A stretch of 60,168 nucleotides of DNA from a virus. Its lineage: Duplodnaviria > Caudoviricetes. Positions 53,033-60,168 of this stretch are shown piece by piece. Position numbers and translations under genes: made by a program. The notes under the pieces are model-generated. The model ran no database searches. It worked only from the letters and a program-made list of their open reading frames with translations, and was not told the origin of the DNA. The stretch spans positions 1 to 60,168 of the IMG/VR virus record IMGVR_UViG_3300031753_000007. The stretch is one strand, 5' to 3'. Each line of letters begins with the position of its first letter. The stretch's first letter is position 1.

Positions 53033-54202
53033 TTGACTGCCCAAACACTCGACCCCAAGACGCTAGAAGCACAAGCCCGCTTCGACGACCTTTGCAATCA
53101 CCTCCGTAAGTGGTTCTACAACCCAGACATAGAAGCCCTCCGTATCGTCCTCGCCATCGCAGCCTCTCAGTACTACCCAGGCGATCCAGCATGGCTGTTC
53201 ATCATCGGCCCACCCGCTACCGGTAAGACCAGCCAGAGCATCCAGTCTGTCAGCACAGCTCCCCATGTCTGGCCGATCGGCGACCTGACACCTCAGACGC
53301 TCCTCAGCGGCAAGCGCAAGCAGAAGAACGATGGTGAACTGTCTCTTCTCCAGAAGATCGGCTCTGGCACTCTGTTGATCAAGGACTTCACTACCCTCCT
53401 CAGCAAGCGCCCCGAGGATCGCATGATCATCGTGGCCCAACTGCGCGAGATCTATGACGGTTTGTTTGTTAAGGATACGGGTGAAACCGGTCGCTTACGC
53501 TGGGAAGGCAAGATCACGATCATCGCTGCATGCACGCCGGCCCTTGAGCGCCAATGGGCTGTGCTACGCGATCTCGGTGAGCGCTTCATGACTGTCCGCT
53601 GGGGGCGTGACAAAGGCATGGCTTCAGGGCCTATGTCCCTGCGTCAACGCTTGCACGAGAAAGAGATAGGCATCCAGACGGCCGCTTTGGGCAAGGCACT
53701 TTTAGCGGATCTCCCGCCGACGCGCCCAACCTTTCCCAAGGCTTATGAAGAGCGCTTATGTGCCCTGGCCGAGATTGTTGCACTTGCCCGCGGCCATGTG
53801 GTGCGTGACGGCGTCGGCGACCGCCCCATCATCGATGTGCCCGACGCAGAGGGCACGAGCCGGATTATCAAGTCCTTAGCTGCAGCCGTCGAGGGCCATG
53901 CTGCCCTGTTCCACCGTGAAGTGACCAAAGAGGATATGAAGCTAGCCGTCAGGCTGGCTACGGACTCAATCCCACATAAGCGCTTCCAGGTGCTCTCCTG
54001 CATTCCCCTGGGGGCCTCAATCAGCCTCGCGCACCTCCACAACATGCACAAGATGGCGGCCACAAGTTTGGAGTGGCACCTGGCCGAGTTGGTCGCCCTC
54101 AACCTGCTCGTTGAGAAGAAATCTGGCAAGGGAGTGGACGACGTGGAGTTCGCCCCAGAGTTTGCGGACATTTGGGCCATTGCTTTCCCGTCAACAACTT
54201 AG
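53033..54202 (+). CDS. AAA+ (MCM-like) replicative helicase candidate with C-terminal winged helix
   Basis: IIGPPATGKTS, LLIKDFTTLL, LREIYDG, ERF. Confidence 0.75.
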   Translation: MTAQTLDPKTLEAQARFDDLCNHLRKWFYNPDIEALRIVLAIAASQYYPGDPAWLFIIGPPATGKTSQSIQSVSTAPHVWPIGDLTPQTLLSGKRKQKNDGELSLLQKIGSGTLLIKDFTTLLSKRPEDRMIIVAQLREIYDGLFVKDTGETGRLRWEGKITIIAACTPALERQWAVLRDLGERFMTVRWGRDKGMASGPMSLRQRLHEKEIGIQTAALGKALLADLPPTRPTFPKAYEERLCALAEIVALARGHVVRDGVGDRPIIDVPDAEGTSRIIKSLAAAVEGHAALFHREVTKEDMKLAVRLATDSIPHKRFQVLSCIPLGASISLAHLHNMHKMAATSLEWHLAELVALNLLVEKKSGKGVDDVEFAPEFADIWAIAFPSTT

Positions 54203-54293
54203 AGTCTCCACATCTATACCAGAGGCACTCGCGCCCACCGCCCTTTATTTTTCTTTTTGTGCTCTCTGGTATAAATGTGGGTAAACTTTAAGC
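54197..54293. repeat. Imperfect inverted repeat (arms about 32-35 bp) around a T-rich spacer
   Basis: CCACATCTATACCAGAG-GCAC vs reverse complement CCACATTTATACCAGAGAGCAC. Confidence 0.8.
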
Positions 54294-54556
54294 TAACGCC
54301 GGGCGCTTGCTGCTAACCCCACAGGCGCATGTGCTCAAGCGGACACTGACAGTCGTAGAGCGTATGCCGGCAGAGCCAACACCACACGCCCTCATGTGTC
54401 GCCTGGGCCCGCAGGCGTCGGCTGGGCAGACGCAGGCCATGTTGCCGGCACATCGCTTCCTCCTGGCGTGCCAGCTCTGGAGGCAGGGTGAGGCGTAGGA
54501 TAGGCCGCCGTGCGCGTCTGGACGGGTGCCAGTGCGCTGCTGACCTCTGGACCACG

Positions 54557-54946
54557 CTACGCATCGTCCCTGGCCTCCTGGGCCTCCTGCTGGGCCCTAG
54601 CCAGCTCCTCAGCGGCGTACGCCTCCTCGGTCCACTCCTCCAAGGCCTCCAGCTCATCTTGGGCCTGCTTGGCGTACCAGTGCTCATGGCACCAGCCATC
54701 ACGCCATGCGTCCTCATCACACTCCCAGCACAGGAACGTGCTCCACGTCTCGCGGTAGCCCATGCTCTCCACACCAGTCTCGTACTCCACGAGTCTGCCA
54801 CGCTCGCTTATGGGCTTTGGATCCGGCACCTGAGCATTCGCAACATCGGTCCACCCGCTTAGATCCTCGCGGTCCTCCGCCGACAGCTGCCTCAGCTGCT
54901 CGACACGCTCAGCTGCCACATACTGCATCTCTTGGTCATGTGTCAT
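54557..54946 (-). CDS. Acidic hypothetical protein
   Basis: AAGGGG SD after AT-rich stretch; CWEC..CHEH. Confidence 0.7.
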   Translation of the reverse strand: MTHDQEMQYVAAERVEQLRQLSAEDREDLSGWTDVANAQVPDPKPISERGRLVEYETGVESMGYRETWSTFLCWECDEDAWRDGWCHEHWYAKQAQDELEALEEWTEEAYAAEELARAQQEAQEARDDA

Positions 54947-55159
54947 ATGCCTATATCCCCTTATTTACTATATACATACGTTAAGTAATGAGGCGTATCA
55001 GGCGCGCGAGGCGCCTGTGGCGGATGCGCCAGTCGTGCCTGTGGCGGTGGCGCCTGTGCCTTTGGTAACTAGCCCAACCGCCTCCCCCACCGCTACCCTC
55101 ACCCGTGGATGCCCATCCCCCGGCCTGCTCCCAGCTTCTGCCAGTGGCGTCCACGCCCG

Positions 55160-55255
55160 ATGGCCGTCCTCTCGACCCTCGTCTGGTACGTGTGGCTCTC
55201 CGTAGGCATGTTCGCGCTCATCCTCGCTATCGTGCTCAGCGGACACGAGGACTAG
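55160..55255 (+). CDS. Single-TM micropeptide
   Basis: MAVLSTLVWYVWLSVGMFALILAIVLSGHED, GC3-rich, no SD. Confidence 0.45.
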   Translation: MAVLSTLVWYVWLSVGMFALILAIVLSGHED

Positions 55256-55326
55256 CGCCGCCACAGCTCAACGAGTCCGGCCAGCACCACTAACCCAAAC
55301 AGGACCAGCGCTGTTGCTTCCCACAT
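55252..55326 (-). CDS. Single-TM micropeptide
   Basis: GGAGGT SD; MWEATALVLFGLVVLAGLVELWRR. Confidence 0.6.
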   Translation of the reverse strand: MWEATALVLFGLVVLAGLVELWRR

Positions 55327-55342
55327 GTCTACCTCCGTGTGC

Positions 55343-57613
55343 TCACCGCTTGATCAGCCCCAGCTCGACCGCCTCCCGATACGTCGGCACCCTCCCCAGC
55401 ACGCGACTGCAGAACGCCTGTTCCCTCCGCACCTCCGCCATCAGCGCCAGCGTCTCCGCGTCGTACTCCACATGCCCGCAGTCGTTACAGCTCGGCCACG
55501 CGCCCTCATCCGCAGGCATCCAGTCGCCTGACCCACACCGCGGACACACGCCCTCCGCGCCACCCCATGGCTCGCTCATCGCGTCACCTCGCTCTCACTT
55601 ACAGCCACTTACAAGCTCCACTTAGTACCTTATCCGCTGCGGCTCCTCGCCACCGCCGCAGCTATGATCCAGTGCACACGTCTGACACACGCGCACGCCG
55701 CACCCCTTACACACGATCACCTCCACCTTGCCCTTGACAGCCGGCATCTCACACATGCCACACTTAGGCGCCGTCACCACGTCCACAATCGCACCCAACG
55801 TCTCGAATAAGTCGCCGCGATAGATATCGCCGCCCATACGCTCCATAAGTGCCCCCTCCTGTATCGTGTGCTATCTCAACCCCTGCGCCATCAGCCACGC
55901 AAGCACGAATGCTGCTAGGCCCACCACCACAAACATCGCGAACACCTGCCCCGTACGCTCACGCTCCTTATGCTCCTGCCACACGATCCAGCGCAGCGTC
56001 TCCACTTGCACCGCCACGCAGTCCCGCTGCCACGTCTTCCGTTCCAGCAAGCGCTCGATTTGTGGCAGATGATTCGCCATGACTTACTCATTTAAGTTGC
56101 TCGATTAAACTAGTTTTCGGGACATGGGCCACTATATCCGTGGTAATTGAACATCTCCTCGCCTTCTGGCATCGGTTTTCCGCACAACTTGCAGACGGCG
56201 TTTCCAGATGGTCCAGAGTCCGCAGTTTGAACAGCGGAATTGCTTGTGGGTCCTAGTTTTTCGTTTTGCCCAACGATGCCACTGGATGTAACCTTCGGGG
56301 CATACTGTGTGCTTACATCGCACTCTTCCTCCTCACGAAGCAACCGATTCTTAATTTCCATATACACGGCTCCTGCCGTTTTGTCGTCATCTTCGCAATC
56401 GCTAGCAATAGCCATGCAATCTTTTATGGCTTGCTGCCTGTCCCCTAAAAATCGACTTTCATAGCCAAGATGTGCGGCGTATGCCTCCGCGAACGAATAG
56501 CGATCTTGCGGATCTTGATCGGTCCAGAACTCCGCCTCGAACTCCTTTGCGGTCATATCTCCTCCGTGTCGTTGAGAGCCAAGGGGCAAAATTCCTGATA
56601 GTTGGCCCGATTGTTCGCCTCTTGCGGGCAGTCTTTCCAGTTGCAATCGCCATCCCTTCCGGCATGACAATGCTTGTGCGATTCGTTCGAACAGCACGCA
56701 AAGCAGCGTTCACAAACTGGGCATCCGCTCTGCGTAGTGTGCCCGCATTTCTGCTGGTAGGGTTGTCCCGTAAGTCTGCAATATCTCTGCTCTTCGTCGT
56801 ATGTCCACGTAGACATGCTTCGTCGCTGGAGTTCTACAACGAATTGTGCATCTAGTTGCTCAGCATTGCGCCGTGCTCGCTCTAGATCGTTCATTGCGCC
56901 ACCTTCTGGCCCATAACGCGGACCTCGGCATTGTGGCCCCTTGCACGGAGATTGGCAGCAATGGCGAACGCCTCAGACTTATCCAGTGTGCTCGTATGCC
57001 AGTACTGATCCCGGTAAACTTGGTAGTAGGTTCGCATTTTTGATCCCTCCAAACTCAATTAATCTCGCTCATCAAACCAGTTCCCAGCCCAACCCACCAG
57101 CACCGCGCCAACGCCCTCCCCATTCCAGGCGCGGACGCGATGCTCGGAGGTTCAGACGTGCGAGGCTTGAGTTCCCCCCGAAACTTGTGCGTCGGCCGCT
57201 TGCATGAGTTCGCTGTAATCCTTGGCTTCAACCAGCGCACGCCACTCCGGCGTGATGAACTCACGGATGATCCAGCCAATAAGATTGCCCTCTGCCGCCG
57301 TCTTACGATAGGTGATGAACGTCAGTGCAGACGGCATCTCCCGCAGCTCCGATCCGCGCAGCACATTCCCGCATAGAATCAGCTTGGCTGCATCCTGAGC
57401 GCTAAACCCTCGCACCGTTCGCGTGTGCCTATGCTGCTTCTCGTTGTGCGTCTCTTCAGCTAGCAGCTTGTTAAGATCATCCGACCACGAGATATTCTCT
57501 GCGTAGTCGCGCAAGCAAAGCCGCTCATCCATCGACGCGTTGTTCTGATACGTTTCGTTGATGATGTCGCGCAACCCGCGCCACATCTTGTCGATATGCT
57601 CATGTGTTCTCAT
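55343..57613 (-). other. Early accessory ORF run (55343-55579, 55622-55846, 55871-56080, 56110-56556, 56553-56894, 56891-57037, 57152-57613), many Cys-rich
   Basis: SD sequences and overlaps; lower GC from about 56080 to 57620. Confidence 0.65.
56132..56323 (-). CDS. Nested zinc-finger-like ORF inside 56110-56556
   Basis: GAGGAGG SD; CKHTVCPEGYIQWHRWA..THKQFRCSNCGLWTIW. Confidence 0.55.
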   Translation of the reverse strand: MRCKHTVCPEGYIQWHRWAKRKTRTHKQFRCSNCGLWTIWKRRLQVVRKTDARRRGDVQLPRI

Positions 57614-57646
57614 TGCAGTCTCCTCGCACGCTGTAGTAACTTCCCC

Positions 57647-57676
57647 AGCCCGCCAACTCCCGGAGCGGACGGGCTA
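57647..57676. other. Intergenic GC hairpin
   Basis: AGCCCG..CTCC/GGAG..CGGGCT; no clear U tract. Confidence 0.35.
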
Positions 57677-57686
57677 GGCAGGCTAC

Positions 57687-58199
57687 TTATGCCAGCAAGT
57701 CACTCGGACAATGCAGCATATTAGCTGCGTGATACCACGAGCCCGCGCGGACAGCCTGCAGTACGTCGCCGAGACTAGCAGCGGTATAACTGTGACGGCG
57801 TAAGTAATCCAAGCGCTCCGACGCGCTGTAGCACTCCCTCCATATCTGCTCGCACTCTTCGTCCTCACGGCGGCTGAAGTCTTCCTCATCCAACACAGGG
57901 TAGTCATTCGCCCGGTCGCACAGTTCCCTTGCCTTAGTGAGCGCTGTCTGATTCGTGCTGTGAATAGCTATCCACTCGACCCAGCCCACAGCCCAGTGAC
58001 CCTCGCGGACCACCTGTACGGTAGTCTCATCTTCAAAGTCGCCTGCTAAGGCAAGCAGAGCCTTGGACGCCACAGCAAAGTTGCTAGCCTCCAGTACGTC
58101 AGAGTCCCGCGACTGCCCGAACCCAGCGCCGTACCATCCTTCCCACGTCGCACCCATGTAACACTCAGGATGCGTCCATTCCTTCACTATGTGTGTCAT
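57687..58199 (-). CDS. Conserved phage hypothetical protein
   Basis: RDSDVLEASNF, HWAVGWVEWI, DYPVLDEEDFS. Confidence 0.8.
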   Translation of the reverse strand: MTHIVKEWTHPECYMGATWEGWYGAGFGQSRDSDVLEASNFAVASKALLALAGDFEDETTVQVVREGHWAVGWVEWIAIHSTNQTALTKARELCDRANDYPVLDEEDFSRREDEECEQIWRECYSASERLDYLRRHSYTAASLGDVLQAVRAGSWYHAANMLHCPSDLLA

Positions 58200-58387
58200 C
58201 TCGCACCCCCGTGCGCCTGTCCCATCGTCACGAGCACAAACGCCAACTCCGCCAGCACCAATATCGTAAGTGTCATCATCGCGTCACCTCCACATGCCGC
58301 CAGCACCACGCAACCACGGCGCCGGCCATCATCGTCGCCCCAGTTGCATACCCTGCCAGAAAGACCACCATCCACACGGCCTCATGG

Positions 58388-58819
58388 TTAGCCATTGGAC
58401 ACCTCCGCGTTCGCAGCTGGCAGCAACTTCGCCATGTTCGCAGGGTTGAGGTAGACATGCGCCGTAGCAGGCTTCCCACAGAACGTTCCCGCCTCTACCA
58501 GCGCGAAACCTTCTGGCAGCACCTTCAAGCTCACATTCCCCACATGATCGACCTTCAGCACTTCACTCTCTTGATTCGCCATTCCCCGCGCGGCCACTTC
58601 GAAGAACGGATGCGTCCGTGTAGGCAGTGGCTTCCGTACCATCGTCGCGAGTTCAACCAGCGCGAACTCACTCCGTGACCCGCCATCCCAATAGCTGTTT
58701 ATGTTGACGCAACCAGGGAACGCCGCAATCGACGCCCGCAGTTTGCGATAGGAAGGAAACGCCGCTAGGACAAGCCGCTTCACTTCTGGCGCCTGTCTAA
58801 GCTCTATCGACTGGTACAT
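58388..58819 (-). CDS. Hypothetical protein
   Basis: GAGGTGA SD; SYWDGGSR, FCGK. Confidence 0.75.
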   Translation of the reverse strand: MYQSIELRQAPEVKRLVLAAFPSYRKLRASIAAFPGCVNINSYWDGGSRSEFALVELATMVRKPLPTRTHPFFEVAARGMANQESEVLKVDHVGNVSLKVLPEGFALVEAGTFCGKPATAHVYLNPANMAKLLPAANAEVSNG

Positions 58820-59171
58820 GTTGCTCACCTCGCACGATGAGATTGAACTTCGTACCACGCCAAGCGCTGGCCAGACGCGGTACGCTGGTCACTCCCCGAC
58901 TACTGTCGACAGTTCACGCATCAAGGGAACTGAAACCACCAGCTGGAAGCGCTCATCCTTGAGTTCCTGTACGTGCTCAGCATCCCAGCCAACCCAACCC
59001 AAGCGATATGCCAAGAGCCAGCCCTCAATCTCGTTCAACCTGCTTTGTGCGGTCTGCATGGAATCCTCCGTCGAGACACCGCGAGCATACGCCATCGCCA
59101 GTACGTTGTCAATACCCTGTCTAACTTTATTTGTGCCAATCCTGTGCAAAACGAGCTGGCCACCTGGTCAC

Positions 59172-59201
59172 TTGACAGGGAACACTTACGGGGAATATCG
59201 T
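59172..59201 (+). promoter_or_regulatory. Sigma70-like promoter
   Basis: TTGACA-18-TATCGT upstream of ORF 59239. Confidence 0.6.
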
Positions 59202-59238
59202 CTGGCCGTCCTGAAGGTTTTAAGCAGGCGCCAGAGGC

Positions 59239-59505
59239 ATGTCGACTCAACCACTTGAGGACATCTTCGCTACCCCTCCAGCAGATGATTGGACGTGGAG
59301 CTATCCTTCAGGCTCGCAAACCTGGAGGTGCTACCATTGCGGCAGATGGCAGCGTACTTATGTGCGTAGCGGGTCTAACCTTATGGATTGCACGTTTGAG
59401 GATTGCCGGCGTCAGTCTGAGCTTGAGTCTCGTGTGCGACCAGCCGGCCGTGGACGCCTAGCACGGCGTGAGCGTGAGTTGCGGCGCGGCCTTGCGCTAC
59501 GTTAG
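59239..59505 (+). CDS. Small Cys-containing basic protein
   Basis: GAGG SD; CYHC..CTFEDC. Confidence 0.55.
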   Translation: MSTQPLEDIFATPPADDWTWSYPSGSQTWRCYHCGRWQRTYVRSGSNLMDCTFEDCRRQSELESRVRPAGRGRLARRERELRRGLALR

Positions 59506-59768
59506 CTCCCAGCTATTGTCCATTCGCCTTAGTTCTCACCCCCTCCACCTAGACCACCCCACACCTCGCGTCCCCACTCCAGTTACTAACATTACCTAAG
59601 TCACTGTTACTCACATTTATTAGTCGGGTGTCGCCCGGATTGTCCAGGGGTGCCGGCAGGGGAGGGGGACATGTGGATGCACTTCATTGTGCTCAGAAAA
59701 TAATCGGCGGAACTAAAAATAAGCGTCAACCGTATTCTTGTGGCTAGACATATGATATCGTATGCCGC

Positions 59769-60168
59769 ATGGTTAAGCCGTCCGCTCGACGTAAAGAGGC
59801 TATTCAGCTACGGAGACAAGGCCTTTCTTACCGGCTGGTTGCCCAGGCAATGGGGATCACAAGACAGGCTGCCCAACAGCTAGTTCAAGTTCACCCTGCG
59901 GCTCGGACACTCATCAAGGCGCGAGCCAAGGGATGCTGCGAAGATTGTGGCAAGCCCGAGGAGCATGGGCATCTGCATCATGTTGAAGCCTTTAAGCAGG
60001 AGGGCAACTACAATGACCTCAGTAATTTAGCCTACCTTTGCAACCGTTGTCATCAGCACCGACATCCCCGGCCGAAGAAGCCTCGGATACGAGTGCCCAA
60101 AGTACCGATCCCGTATGAGCAACGTAAACGGGGATTCACTGGCTGCCGTCGTTGGGAACTCGGACTGC
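59769..60168 (+). CDS. HTH-HNH endonuclease, 5' part (completes at 295 across the junction)
   Basis: LRRQGLSYRLVAQAMGITRQAAQQL HTH; CEDC, HLHH, NLAYLCNRCH. Confidence 0.88.
   Translation, partial: MVKPSARRKEAIQLRRQGLSYRLVAQAMGITRQAAQQLVQVHPAARTLIKARAKGCCEDCGKPEEHGHLHHVEAFKQEGNYNDLSNLAYLCNRCHQHRHPRPKKPRIRVPKVPIPYEQRKRGFTGCRRWELGL
59918..60168. repeat. Direct terminal repeat, right copy
   Basis: Matches 1-251. Confidence 0.97.

Noticed and set aside
1-60168. Integrase, tRNA or rRNA genes, alternative genetic code
   Set aside because: None recognised; all three stop codons terminate genes normally. Lifestyle cannot be fixed from the XRE gene alone.

Overview
The window is an apparently complete, GC-rich tailed-phage genome of about 59.9 kb. 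Positions 1-251 recur at 59918-60168 with one mismatch, and an HNH gene runs across that junction. The + strand (about 350-33100) carries packaging genes (large terminase split into two genes), portal, scaffold, major capsid, podovirus-type tail (three adaptor/ring paralogues, nozzle, tailspike), ejection proteins and lysis genes. The - strand (about 33100-59150) carries a UDG-fused family A DNA polymerase, six glycosyltransferases plus a methyltransferase, a recombination module and many small accessory ORFs; an AAA+ helicase-like gene sits in this arm on the + strand. I saw no integrase, primase, tRNA or CRISPR array. Two small proteins resemble families I associate with Acidobacteriota, a weak host clue. 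Most notable: (1) a GGDEF cyclic-dinucleotide synthase domain, with Asn at the guanine-specificity position, fused to a putative ejection protein, in a genome that also encodes an Acb2/Tad1-like sponge; (2) tailspike/fibre-like proteins with Sec signal peptides and paired cysteines alongside a glycosylation cluster; (3) an HNH insertion that duplicates its target gene's N-terminus and keeps a translational bridge open; (4) several candidate overprinted genes. All calls are from motif reading by eye; no searches were run.
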